Below, piece by piece: positions 19,672 to 29,404 of a stretch of DNA of 64,000 nucleotides. The position numbers and the translations under genes were made by a program. Every line of letters begins with the position of its first letter. Position 1 is the first letter of the stretch. Origin of the DNA: Nitrososphaerota archaeon. Its GTDB lineage: Archaea; Thermoproteota; Nitrososphaeria; Conexivisphaerales; UBA164. The notes below the pieces were generated by a model. It worked only from the letters and a program-made list of their open reading frames with translations. It did no database searches and was not told where the DNA came from. The stretch is from the NCBI GenBank assembly GCA_009903795.1, contig WYER01000033.1:23001-87000 (forward strand), read 5' to 3'.

Positions 19672-20790
19672 TTGAGCACGGTAAGCCCTTGGGGAGATTT
19701 CGGAGTAAAGGACTATTCTAGATTAATACATGAGTTCGGCATAACGCCCTTAAATGAAAGTTTTGAAGAATTGAAAGATAACAAATATTACAGAAGAGGA
19801 ATGCTAGTTGGTCATAGGGATCTTGACAAGTTTCTCTCAGAAGCAAAAGCAGGCAAGAATGTCGCTATACTTTCTGGTATAAAGCCTAGTGGGATATTCC
19901 ATATAGGAAGCATGATAACCGCAGAACAGATGATCTATTTTCAAAAGAAATATTCAAAAACATTTCTTTTTTATTCTATAGCAGATCTTGAAGCTTATGT
20001 GGATAATGGGCAGAGCCTAGATAAAAGCGACGAAATTGCTGTATACAACGTTGCAGACATGCTAGCTCTTGGAATGGATCCAGACAGAGCTATTACTTAT
20101 AAACAATCATCTGCGCTTGCAGTTTCTGATCTCGCTTTCATATTTTCTGATGACGTAACGTTTAACATGCTAGTCGACATATATGGAGAGAGAAAAATTT
20201 CTCTTTATTTTGCGGCTTTAATTCAAGCTGGAGATATATTTTTACCCCAAACTAAGCCGTTCAATGGCCCAAAACCCGTTCTTGTTCCAGTGGGCGCAGA
20301 TCAGGATCCTCATTTAAGGCTAGCCAGAGATTTGGCTACAAAGCACAGGGATGACCTGCATCTAATACCGCCTTCAGCTATATATCATAAACTTGTACGC
20401 TCTTTAACAGGCGAAGAAAAGATGTCAAAGAGGTCTCCGCAATCAATGATAACGCTTTCTGATAAAAAAGAAGATCTAAAACAAAAGATAATGAATGCGT
20501 TCACTGGGGGACGTGCAACGATTAAAGAACAGAAAGAACTTGGAGGAGAGCCGGAAAAATGTCCGGTTTTTGATCTTTATATATATTTTGCAAAAGATGA
20601 TAAGCAAATTAAAGAAGTTTATGATGAATGTAAAAAAGGTATGAGGTTGTGTGGGGAATGCAAAAACGAGGCTTATGAACTTGTTAACAATTTCATAGAA
20701 GAACATCAGGCAAAAAGAAGTAGCGCTATAAATGAAGCTAAGGCTTTGCTGAATAACGGCAATCTATTGGTTCTTAAAAGACCAGTATAA
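19672..20790 (+). CDS. trpS: Tryptophanyl-tRNA synthetase
   Basis: SGIKPSG.FHIG, PVGADQDPH, KMSKR, AFTGGR. Confidence 0.94.
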   Translation: MSTVSPWGDFGVKDYSRLIHEFGITPLNESFEELKDNKYYRRGMLVGHRDLDKFLSEAKAGKNVAILSGIKPSGIFHIGSMITAEQMIYFQKKYSKTFLFYSIADLEAYVDNGQSLDKSDEIAVYNVADMLALGMDPDRAITYKQSSALAVSDLAFIFSDDVTFNMLVDIYGERKISLYFAALIQAGDIFLPQTKPFNGPKPVLVPVGADQDPHLRLARDLATKHRDDLHLIPPSAIYHKLVRSLTGEEKMSKRSPQSMITLSDKKEDLKQKIMNAFTGGRATIKEQKELGGEPEKCPVFDLYIYFAKDDKQIKEVYDECKKGMRLCGECKNEAYELVNNFIEEHQAKRSSAINEAKALLNNGNLLVLKRPV

Positions 20791-20878
20791 GCATAATATT
20801 CATTTATAAAGGAAAATTTTGTAAGGCTTTATGTTAAAAGTTAACCTTTATATTGACGCTTTTAAAAGATTCTGAAAG

Positions 20879-22387
20879 ATGGGAGATATAGCATTACATC
20901 CACTAGAAAAGAGGTTTCTTAAATCTCTGCTTAAATTAGGGGAAAGCACGTTAGAACAAATAGCCAAAGATGCAGGGCTTTCTTTAGATCAAGCAAGAAG
21001 AGTTGTAGAATGGCTTAGGGAAAAAAAGCTTGTAGAAGTTAAGGTAAATGAAAGACAAATAGTAATGCTTGACGAAAACGGGAAAAAGGCCATAACAGAA
21101 GGTACTCCAGAAATCAAACTTTTAAACGAGGCTATAAAAAGAGGAAAATTAAGCCTTGAAGAAGCAAAAAAACTTTTAGGTAATGAAGCAGGGGTTGCGC
21201 TTGGAATCGCAATAAAAAAGAACCTTATAAAAATTTCTCAGGACACGATTATCCCACTAACAGATAAGCCTTTAAAGACAACCGATATTTACCATGTTTT
21301 GGCCAGAATTTTAAACGAAACAGTTTTTGTTGAAAATTTAAACAAAGAAGAGATTAGTGAGCTAGAAGAGCTTAAAAAGAGACCTAAATTCGTTAAATTT
21401 TTAACAGAAAAAGAAACGAGGGTCAAGATAGCAGAAGGTGTAAGTATAGATCCAAAAATGTTAGAAAGCGAAGAAATAACAACGCTTTCATCAAGCATTT
21501 TAGCAAGCGGTAAATGGAAAGAGTTAAAGTTTTCAGATATAGATCTTTCGCAGCCAGTTCCTTCAGTATTTCCTGCAAGGATACATCCTTTGTCTGAGCT
21601 TATAAATCTTATAAAGGAAATTATGGAGAGCCTTGGTTTTATGGAGATTGAAGGTCCCGTCATAAGATCTTCGTTTTGGAACTTTGACGTTCTATTTACT
21701 CCTCAGGATCATCCCGCTAGGGACATGCATGACACGTTTTACATAAAGAACGTTAAACTTGAAGAAACTGATAAGGATCTTGTAAATAGAGTTAAAAACG
21801 TTCACGAAAATGGATGGACAACAGGTTCTACGGGTTGGGGATACGTCTGGGATCAAAACGCTGCTTGGAAGGCGCTTTTAAGGACACATACAACAACCGT
21901 TACTGCAGAGGCCATATACAAAGGAATGAAAGGTAGAATCTTTACTGTTGGTAGAGTGTTTAGAAACGAAAAACCAGATTTTAAACACCTCGTTGAGCTT
22001 CATCAGCTTGACGCAATAGTTATTGAAGAAGAAGCAAGCATAAGGAAACTCATGGGTTTCCTTACGGTCTTTTATAAAAAGCTAGGATTTGAAAAAGTAA
22101 AGTTTTGGCCTACTTTCTTTCCTTACACGGAACCTTCTATGCAATCGATGATTTATTCTGAAAAGCTTAAAGACTGGATAGAACTTTGCGGAATGGGAAT
22201 TTTCAGACCAGAAGTAACCAAACCGTTGGGATATGATGGTCCTGTGTTGGCATGGGGTATGGGTTTAGAAAGGCTTGCTATGCTTATTTACGATGTAGAA
22301 AACATAAGGGATTTTTATGATAACAGGCTTAGTTTCTTAAGAAATTACAAAAGTATAAACCTTAAGCTTAAAGGGCCAATTCTTTAA
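20879..22387 (+). CDS. pheS: Phenylalanyl-tRNA synthetase alpha subunit
   Basis: FWNFD...PQDHPARDMHDTF, LRTHTT, FRNE, FPYTEPS, GMGLER. Confidence 0.96.
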   Translation: MGDIALHPLEKRFLKSLLKLGESTLEQIAKDAGLSLDQARRVVEWLREKKLVEVKVNERQIVMLDENGKKAITEGTPEIKLLNEAIKRGKLSLEEAKKLLGNEAGVALGIAIKKNLIKISQDTIIPLTDKPLKTTDIYHVLARILNETVFVENLNKEEISELEELKKRPKFVKFLTEKETRVKIAEGVSIDPKMLESEEITTLSSSILASGKWKELKFSDIDLSQPVPSVFPARIHPLSELINLIKEIMESLGFMEIEGPVIRSSFWNFDVLFTPQDHPARDMHDTFYIKNVKLEETDKDLVNRVKNVHENGWTTGSTGWGYVWDQNAAWKALLRTHTTTVTAEAIYKGMKGRIFTVGRVFRNEKPDFKHLVELHQLDAIVIEEEASIRKLMGFLTVFYKKLGFEKVKFWPTFFPYTEPSMQSMIYSEKLKDWIELCGMGIFRPEVTKPLGYDGPVLAWGMGLERLAMLIYDVENIRDFYDNRLSFLRNYKSINLKLKGPIL

Positions 22388-22391
22388 TTAT

Positions 22392-23498
22392 TTATGTAAA
22401 ATCAGAATGCATCATTTTCATATCCGTCTCGCTTATGTTTTCTTTTTCAGCAACATAATGTATAAAGCTCTCTAAGAAAAACAGGGTTCTTAGCTCAAAG
22501 ACAGAGTAGGTTGGATCTTGTGGAAAATAACTGCTCCTGAGGCCTTTGAGCTTAACTATCTGTCTCCCTGGAATTGTCAGAGTAAGGTCAGAAACTTTTG
22601 AAAGCCTTGAATCCTGAAAAGATGTCACGACAGCAACCTTGGCTCCCTTATTTTTTGCTTTTTCTGCCAAGTTAGCAAAAAATTCAGAAGCCGATCCGGA
22701 AATTATAAATACGAGGTCGTCCCGTCTTACGGCAATGCTTCCTTTATCAAGCCAAAAATAAACTAGCCTTTCAGCATTACCTTTAGAAAGGTGTCTTAGT
22801 CTTGTAGAGAAAAATTTTCCAACTATTCCACTAAGTCCTTCTCCTAAAACAGTTGTCTTTTGTTTTGCATATTCTGACGCCTTTGGTAAAATTTCATAAA
22901 GCAGTTCATAATAATCTGATGGCGGCTCAAACTCCTTTATCAATGATACTAGCTTTCTGTATGATTCGATTAGCTCTTGCCCTCTTATATACGATATAAC
23001 TGATAAGAGGAATAACAAAGATCTTAACTCGAAAAGCGTTCCGAGAGGAGTTAAAGGTGTCTTTGAAGTTCCAAGAAGGTTATCTACAAAATAATCAGAT
23101 TCTTTCCACTTTCTAGCTCCTGGGATCAAGATTATTTTATCTGAAATTGCTGCAAGAGGACTAGCTTGGTCGCTAGTTAAAGAAATTATAAAAGATCCAC
23201 CTTCTTTTGCTACTTTAGCCACTTCTACCGTATATTGTGTAGATCCGCTTCCGGATATTGCAACAAGCAAATCACATGGCCCAAATATATATGGAACATC
23301 ATTTGGACCAAAAGTTTGATCCACACCTATATTTCTCAAAAATTTGGCAAACGCATCAGCTACGTCTCCTGATCTTCCGGTTCCAAAAACTATAACTCTT
23401 TTTGAATTTGTTATCCTGCCGATGATCCATTGTAGATCTTCATCTGGTTCATATGCAGAGACAGTCTCAACCAACCTTTTATAGCTCACGACATACAC
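22392..23498 (-). CDS. Tandem SIS-domain protein, 6-phospho-3-hexuloisomerase-like
   Basis: GTGRSG/ISGSGST/PLGTLFE in the first half; GEGLSG/ISGS/SVFE/MHSD in the second half. Confidence 0.8.
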   Translation of the reverse strand: MYVVSYKRLVETVSAYEPDEDLQWIIGRITNSKRVIVFGTGRSGDVADAFAKFLRNIGVDQTFGPNDVPYIFGPCDLLVAISGSGSTQYTVEVAKVAKEGGSFIISLTSDQASPLAAISDKIILIPGARKWKESDYFVDNLLGTSKTPLTPLGTLFELRSLLFLLSVISYIRGQELIESYRKLVSLIKEFEPPSDYYELLYEILPKASEYAKQKTTVLGEGLSGIVGKFFSTRLRHLSKGNAERLVYFWLDKGSIAVRRDDLVFIISGSASEFFANLAEKAKNKGAKVAVVTSFQDSRLSKVSDLTLTIPGRQIVKLKGLRSSYFPQDPTYSVFELRTLFFLESFIHYVAEKENISETDMKMMHSDFT

Positions 23499-23627
23499 TC
23501 AAATGTTCTTAAATATAAATTAAGCTAAATCTTGGACTTTTTATTATCAAAAAGATTAAAATCAAAGAGTTTTGATTTGCTAATAATGCCGGCTAGTTTA
23601 TGTACTTAATACGCATCAAAAAAACAC

Positions 23628-24323
23628 TCAATAAAGAGCAAAATACAATTTTCTCCAAATAAAAACATCAATGTGAAGCTGGTCTATTCCGGATTTTTTT
23701 GAAATCTCTCTCCAGGCTTTAAGAGCGCAGTTAACTTTCATTTGTCCTTTTATAAGTTTCAAGCTCTTTGTAACTTTTAATACTCTGTTATCTAAGGGGA
23801 TAGGTATTTGATCTGGAACCATAGCATGAATACCTTCTGTTATTAATCCATAATGAAACATTTTACACGCAAAAGAGATTGTTTTCTGATAGGGGGTTCC
23901 ATAAATTTTCAAAAGATCTTCGTAAAGTTTTCCTAGATCTTTTTTGTAGTTTTCTAGATTTAATGATAAAACTTCTTCTCTATCTTTTAGAAGATAAAGC
24001 CTTTTTAATTTAGCGTTCCTTGAAAGTTCTCTATTTTTAAGTATAAACTCCTCTATGCTTCTATATGGGTCTGAACGCTTTATTTCAAATTCTGAAAGCG
24101 ATTTCCAATATATTTCACCACTGGTTTTAAGCCGATAAGCGATCACGCTTGCGGCAATTATAAATTTATAAAAACATTTTTCATCGCATTTAAGTCTAAT
24201 CCTTTTTAACGCTTCTAACTGAGGATCCTTAAGTTCAAGCTCATAATAATAATTGGCTCCTAATGACTTTAAAAAATAAGATATTAAATTTGCATTTTCG
24301 TTATCTACTTTACATTTTTCCAT
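23628..24323 (-). CDS. Archaeal 8-oxoguanine N-glycosylase/AP lyase (AGOG family)
   Basis: AYRLKTSGEIYW, QKTISFACKM, IPIPLD.R, LHID..IW. Confidence 0.82.
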   Translation of the reverse strand: MEKCKVDNENANLISYFLKSLGANYYYELELKDPQLEALKRIRLKCDEKCFYKFIIAASVIAYRLKTSGEIYWKSLSEFEIKRSDPYRSIEEFILKNRELSRNAKLKRLYLLKDREEVLSLNLENYKKDLGKLYEDLLKIYGTPYQKTISFACKMFHYGLITEGIHAMVPDQIPIPLDNRVLKVTKSLKLIKGQMKVNCALKAWREISKKSGIDQLHIDVFIWRKLYFALY

Positions 24324-24324
24324 T

Positions 24325-25839
24325 TTAATATGTTGGATAAACTTTAAGCAGCATACCTTCTACAAGTACAGGCAATTTCCTTTCAGCTATAGTTATAGCA
24401 TCGGAAAGTTTGGAACTTCTTTCTGCATATATCTCTAAAAGCGGATCGTTCTTGTTGACTTTATACCCTTGTTTTTGATAAAGAACAACACCTGCTCCTT
24501 TATCGAGAGGCGCTCCGGCTGCTCTTGCGATCTCAACTATAGCTTCATTATCAACAGCGGTTACATAGCCATCTGATTCAGCCTTTATTATATGTCTATA
24601 GCTTCCAACAGGAAGGTCGTCAGGTTTCACGTTCGGGTTTCCTCCTTGTGCTTCGATTATTTCTTTCATTTTTTGGTAAGTTTTACCTTTCATTATCATA
24701 TCCATAGCCGCTTCATATCCTTGTCCTTTTTGGACAACGCCAGTAGCTTCTAGAAGTATTCCTGCAAGAGAAGCTGATTTTGAAAGTAAACTCATGCTTG
24801 CCTGTGAGGGATTTATCAAAGCTGATAACGCTTCTCTTGCTTCAAGAGCTGGGCCTACAGCTCTTCCTATAGGTTGACCTCCATAGGTTATTCCTGATCT
24901 AACGCTGACTCCAAGGCTTTTTCCAAGTTCGTAAAAATCTTTCGCAAGTCTTTCAGCTTCTGAAATATCGTTAAGCTTTGTTCCTTTTCCAACAGGCAGA
25001 TCTAGGGCTATCACCTTTGCTCCAACAGCTAGCTTTTTTGCAAGAACGCTCGCCATCATTAATCCTCTAGGGTTTATCCTTAATGGGTTCTCGATCTTAA
25101 TTAGATAGTCATCAGCTGGAGCAAGGTTTAAAGTGCCTCCCCATACTATGCAGCCGTGTGTCTTTGTAACTATTGATTTTATTTCGTTTAATGTGAACTT
25201 GACGTTTGCAAGTACAGACATGGTATCGGCAGTGCCTGACGGGCTAGTTATCGCGCTGCTGCTCGTTTTTGGTATATAAAGATCAGTCAAAGCAACCGTA
25301 GGAACTATTAACAAAGTGACTTTGTTTCCAGGCACGCCCCCAATCGAATGCTTATCTACAGTAAAGCCAGGAAGATCCAATCTTTCACCGCTTTCAAGCA
25401 TTGCAAGAGTAAGCGTTTTTATTTCTTCAAGGTCCAATCCAACATAGTTTATTGCGAATATAAACTCTGCTATTTCGAGATCGCTAAGCTCATTGTCAAC
25501 AAGATCTTTAATGATTTCCTTTATCTCGTTTTCTGAAAGCTTTTCTCCTTTAACTTTTTTTCTTATATATTCAACTGCAAGAGGTGTCTGCTCGTACTGC
25601 ACGTTGATATTATCGCCATCTTTTATGCCCAAAGCTTCTGAAAGGTCTTCGTATATGCCGATTATTCCTTTGGGCACCAAACTCTTTGTGGTTTCAACTA
25701 TACAAGTGGATGATTTTGAGTCAGAAATAACCTTCACTCTGTCGTTAAGTTCTATTCCAATCTTTTGTGCATCATCCTCGTTGATTATTACGGATCTTTT
25801 ACCGGCTTTTACATCTATAATTTTGGCTTTAAGTTCCAC
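24325..25839 (-). CDS. AMP (NMP) phosphorylase
   Basis: DKHSIGGVPGNK, KTSS.AITSPSGTAD, NLAPADD, GGQPIG..VGPALEA, with archaeal N-terminal extension; GTG 25839 chosen as start. Confidence 0.92.
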   Translation of the reverse strand: MELKAKIIDVKAGKRSVIINEDDAQKIGIELNDRVKVISDSKSSTCIVETTKSLVPKGIIGIYEDLSEALGIKDGDNINVQYEQTPLAVEYIRKKVKGEKLSENEIKEIIKDLVDNELSDLEIAEFIFAINYVGLDLEEIKTLTLAMLESGERLDLPGFTVDKHSIGGVPGNKVTLLIVPTVALTDLYIPKTSSSAITSPSGTADTMSVLANVKFTLNEIKSIVTKTHGCIVWGGTLNLAPADDYLIKIENPLRINPRGLMMASVLAKKLAVGAKVIALDLPVGKGTKLNDISEAERLAKDFYELGKSLGVSVRSGITYGGQPIGRAVGPALEAREALSALINPSQASMSLLSKSASLAGILLEATGVVQKGQGYEAAMDMIMKGKTYQKMKEIIEAQGGNPNVKPDDLPVGSYRHIIKAESDGYVTAVDNEAIVEIARAAGAPLDKGAGVVLYQKQGYKVNKNDPLLEIYAERSSKLSDAITIAERKLPVLVEGMLLKVYPTY

Positions 25840-25899
25840 GTTAAAAAACAATATCAACGATAATATTAAAGCTTTAATCTTAAAACATTAAGCGTTATT

Positions 25900-28035
25900 A
25901 TGTTGTTTGAAGATGCGCTAAACATAAGAAAGGAAACAGACATTGACCCTCAGGTCGATATTGAAATAAAGGACAAGTTTTATTCTATAAATAAACCAAC
26001 ATTTACCAAAAAAGACTTTATAAATTATGCTGAGCTCAAAGAATATCTAGTTAAGCTAGTAAGCGAATCTTACGGAGGTCATACTTCCACTTATTATGAT
26101 CCACTTAAAGGCACAAAGATCAATCCAATTTTTTCAGATTATTTTGGACAGTGGGAATCCGATTTTATTTATTTTGTAAAAGGCATAAAGAATCCTAAAG
26201 TTGAGCCTCCTAAAGGTACCGGCTATATTGTTTTTAGTATAACAAGCAGGTTCATAATCAGGTTTGTTGATGTTAAGGCACCTGTTGCTGTGGCAAGCAG
26301 CAAACTAGCTGACATTATGAACTTAAAATCGAACTCCTTGCCTGTTAAAATAGGCACATCATTTTACAGACTCTATTTTTCTAAAGACGTTAAAGGCCCT
26401 ATTTTCTTTGACGGCTACACGGCTTCTTACGAGCAAAAAGGGAAGGTTATAAGTTTTGGCGAACTTCTTCTTCCCATAAGTTCATGCTCTGATATTTTTG
26501 GGCAGAACTGCAAAAAAAGCGTACAAAAATTTAGCGAGGCTTTAGAAGAAGCAAGAACAACTGGATACTTAAGCCCATACTTTTCTTTTCCAAGATCGAT
26601 TTTTAAAATTAAAATTCTTGATGAAGAAAAAATTGAACTAAACGATATATCTATTCAGACATTAATCAATTCCCATGTGCCTTTCGTCATTGAAAAAGAA
26701 AAGGGTAGTATAAGGCTCATTGATGTTGAAGACGAAAGGACAAAAGCCATTTTACACATAGCAAAAAGGGGCCTCGGAGGTATAAACTTATATGAACCCT
26801 ACAGGGGAACTTTTAAGGTTTTCATTAGGGTAGACAAAGATCTTCATGAAGTTAGCAAATATGACGGGGTTCTCGCTTCTAAAAGTCCTTCGACTAACTC
26901 GGGTTTAAGATTAAGGTTATGTGAAAATTGTAGCAGGACTACGCCTTTTAGAAAATGCGAAAGATGCGGATCGAAAACAGTTGAAATATATTATTGTAAG
27001 AGATGCGGTATATACACAAAAGAAAAAATTTGTCCCAAATGTGGTGCAACAACTTCAGAATCTTATATAAATAATTTAAATTTGAACGAAAGCTTAAGTT
27101 ACGTTGCTAGCAGGCTAAAAATAACAGGCTTACGAAATCCAGCAATTCCTAAAAATTTATTCAATGAACCAGAAATTCCAGATAAGCTTGTGTTAAGGCA
27201 AAAAAATTCATTGTTAACAAGCAAATATGGAATTATATTAACGCCAATTAAGTTGCAGGCCGGAGATATAAACGGAAGCGAAATTGAGATGCCTGCTAAG
27301 TATGAGCCTCTTATCAAGGAGATTAAATCTTTTATTTATGAAGAATTAGTTAGCGTCTACGGTAAAGAAACAGATATTGAGAGTATAGGATCAAGCATAA
27401 TTATTTTTAACAAACCTATTAATGCCGGAATCGAGCTTAAGATAAAAGGTTACAGGCAGGGCAACGAAGCTATAGTAAATCCTAATGTTCTGGAATTTGC
27501 AGGTCTTGGCGTTCTTGATAACCAGGCGTATTTTGCTTTAAGTGAAGATGTAGCATTAAACTGCATATGCCCAAAGGGTAAGGGAATTATCATTTATAAG
27601 TCAGCAGAAAGCGTCGATCTTTATCCTGTTAAATTAGATTACATGAGAACTCCAATATACCAGCAAAGCATAACCGAAATAATAAAAGGCGTTATAAATT
27701 TACTTTCAAACACATATCCTGATGTTTTAAACGAAAGAGATTCAATTTCATTGATAAAGAAAATTGAAGATATGTTCGTCAGGCAATCTTATATTTGCGA
27801 AAAGTGCGGCAAAAAGCTCAAGGTTCCTACGTTAAATATGCGATGCCCCGTATGCGGCTCAAAGTTAAGACCAAGGTTTACATCTTCTGATTTAAACAAT
27901 TTTATCTTGCAATTAAATGAGCTAGCAGAGAACTTTCAGGCTTCTCCTTACAAGGAGATAATTGAGATCTATGTTAACAACGTAAAAAACATCTTTAGGA
28001 CTTCGAGTCAGATGAGCATCGGAGATTTCTGGTAA
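25900..28035 (+). CDS. polC: Highly reduced DNA polymerase D large subunit DP2 homologue, catalytic motif absent
   Basis: DP..D.EI N-terminus, four central CxxC pairs, PE.P.K..LR.K segment, F.RQ...C..C...P.L...CP.CG C-terminal Zn finger, terminal QMSIGDFW PIP-like box. Confidence 0.8.
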   Translation: MLFEDALNIRKETDIDPQVDIEIKDKFYSINKPTFTKKDFINYAELKEYLVKLVSESYGGHTSTYYDPLKGTKINPIFSDYFGQWESDFIYFVKGIKNPKVEPPKGTGYIVFSITSRFIIRFVDVKAPVAVASSKLADIMNLKSNSLPVKIGTSFYRLYFSKDVKGPIFFDGYTASYEQKGKVISFGELLLPISSCSDIFGQNCKKSVQKFSEALEEARTTGYLSPYFSFPRSIFKIKILDEEKIELNDISIQTLINSHVPFVIEKEKGSIRLIDVEDERTKAILHIAKRGLGGINLYEPYRGTFKVFIRVDKDLHEVSKYDGVLASKSPSTNSGLRLRLCENCSRTTPFRKCERCGSKTVEIYYCKRCGIYTKEKICPKCGATTSESYINNLNLNESLSYVASRLKITGLRNPAIPKNLFNEPEIPDKLVLRQKNSLLTSKYGIILTPIKLQAGDINGSEIEMPAKYEPLIKEIKSFIYEELVSVYGKETDIESIGSSIIIFNKPINAGIELKIKGYRQGNEAIVNPNVLEFAGLGVLDNQAYFALSEDVALNCICPKGKGIIIYKSAESVDLYPVKLDYMRTPIYQQSITEIIKGVINLLSNTYPDVLNERDSISLIKKIEDMFVRQSYICEKCGKKLKVPTLNMRCPVCGSKLRPRFTSSDLNNFILQLNELAENFQASPYKEIIEIYVNNVKNIFRTSSQMSIGDFW

Positions 28036-28037
28036 CA

Positions 28038-28397
28038 TCAGAAATAAAAAAAGTCTAGCACAATGTTTTGGGACTTTATATAAGGTTTTCCGTTTCTGTT
28101 TATAATATTGGCTTTACCATGTGCCGTAACGGTGTAAACTTTCTTTTCTCCTTCATAAATATCCATGTTAATTATAAAATTGCCTGTTTTCATGTCTAAG
28201 ATTTTTTCTCTTTGAATTATTCGAAAATTTTCTTTTTGCGGTATTTCTTTTGAAATAAAATCCAGCAGTTCTTTTTTTAACCTGTTTTCAAACGAAGTAT
28301 TTTTCCTTGACTTAAAAAATCCATATATTTCTTTATCAATAGTAATTACCTTTAAATCCTTAGGCTTATTTTCATCTTTCGTAAGGCTATTTGACAT
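28038..28397 (-). CDS. Hypothetical protein
   Basis: 119-aa ORF filling the intergenic space, ATG start; no motif recognised. Confidence 0.55.
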   Translation of the reverse strand: MSNSLTKDENKPKDLKVITIDKEIYGFFKSRKNTSFENRLKKELLDFISKEIPQKENFRIIQREKILDMKTGNFIINMDIYEGEKKVYTVTAHGKANIINRNGKPYIKSQNIVLDFFYF

Positions 28398-28477
28398 TTA
28401 TCGTTAAAAATAATTATTTTAAAACATATAAATATATTCCAAAAACAAAAAGCTATAGGAAAAATTATTAAACAATC

Positions 28478-29404
28478 TTGTACAAACAACTGCTGTTGAA
28501 AGAATTAAACGCATACTTTTTTGGCATATTTCCAAGATCGGAAAAGCTGATAGATATAACCCGTAAAAAGCAAGATTACCACGAAGATCTAATGCAAGAA
28601 TCTCTAAAAATGATTGAGTACCAGAAATCTAAAAACTTTAAGATTATAAGCGATCCGCAGATCGCATGGGAAGACATGTTCAGACCTTTAGCTTTATCTA
28701 CAGAAGGCATTACCATTAATGGTTTGAACAGATATTTTGAGACAAACACATTTTATAAGGTGCCAGTTATTCGCGCTAAACCTTCAGTTAAAGAAGGCGT
28801 ACTAAAGAAGTATCTTACAACGGGGGCATCGCTCATATCTTTTCCAGATCCGTTTACTTTCTCATGCCTGAGTAAGGATGAGTTTTATGGGGATAAAGAA
28901 AAGTTAATAGAAGGTATAGGTAACCTTATAGCTGAATTTGCTTCACAAATCAGTAAAGAGGGATACCAGTATCTAATCCTAAAAGGGCCATCTTACGGCA
29001 ACTGCGAATTCAGAAATTATGAAAAAAGTATAAAAGACGCGCTTTCTGTCATTAAAGATTCATTTAAAGGGAAAGTTATTGTTCACGTTTACTTTTATAG
29101 AAATTTAAACGCGTTAAACTTTTTAGCATTTTCTCCAGTTGATGGTATAGGTGTTGACATGTATTCATTTAAAGTAGATGATATCGAAGATTTATTAAAT
29201 AGTGGTAAAGAACTAGCTTTAGGAATTATAAATGGATTTAACACCAAAATGGAAAATGAAGATTATATAATCAGCATCATAAGGAGCTTAAACTTTAACG
29301 GATCGTTGTACATAACAAATAATGTGGACTTCGAATTTTTACCCCAGCAATTTGCTTTGAAGAAAGTAGATTTGATTTCTAAAATAGCCGGTGAGATTTC
29401 ATGA
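28478..29404 (+). CDS. Split cobalamin-independent methionine synthase, non-catalytic (MetE N-half-like) subunit
   Basis: FPRS, SDPQIAWED, RYFETNTFYKVP; no Zn-ligand HxC/C; overlaps the next gene. Confidence 0.8.
   Translation: MYKQLLLKELNAYFFGIFPRSEKLIDITRKKQDYHEDLMQESLKMIEYQKSKNFKIISDPQIAWEDMFRPLALSTEGITINGLNRYFETNTFYKVPVIRAKPSVKEGVLKKYLTTGASLISFPDPFTFSCLSKDEFYGDKEKLIEGIGNLIAEFASQISKEGYQYLILKGPSYGNCEFRNYEKSIKDALSVIKDSFKGKVIVHVYFYRNLNALNFLAFSPVDGIGVDMYSFKVDDIEDLLNSGKELALGIINGFNTKMENEDYIISIIRSLNFNGSLYITNNVDFEFLPQQFALKKVDLISKIAGEIS

Noticed and set aside
23559-23578. 8-bp AT-rich inverted repeat upstream of the SIS gene
   Set aside because: Plausible by chance in AT-rich DNA; no second copy noticed
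25900-28035. DP2 as a simple pseudogene or intein-split gene
   Set aside because: Single open frame with both termini and Zn ligands conserved; no stops, frameshifts or intein motifs
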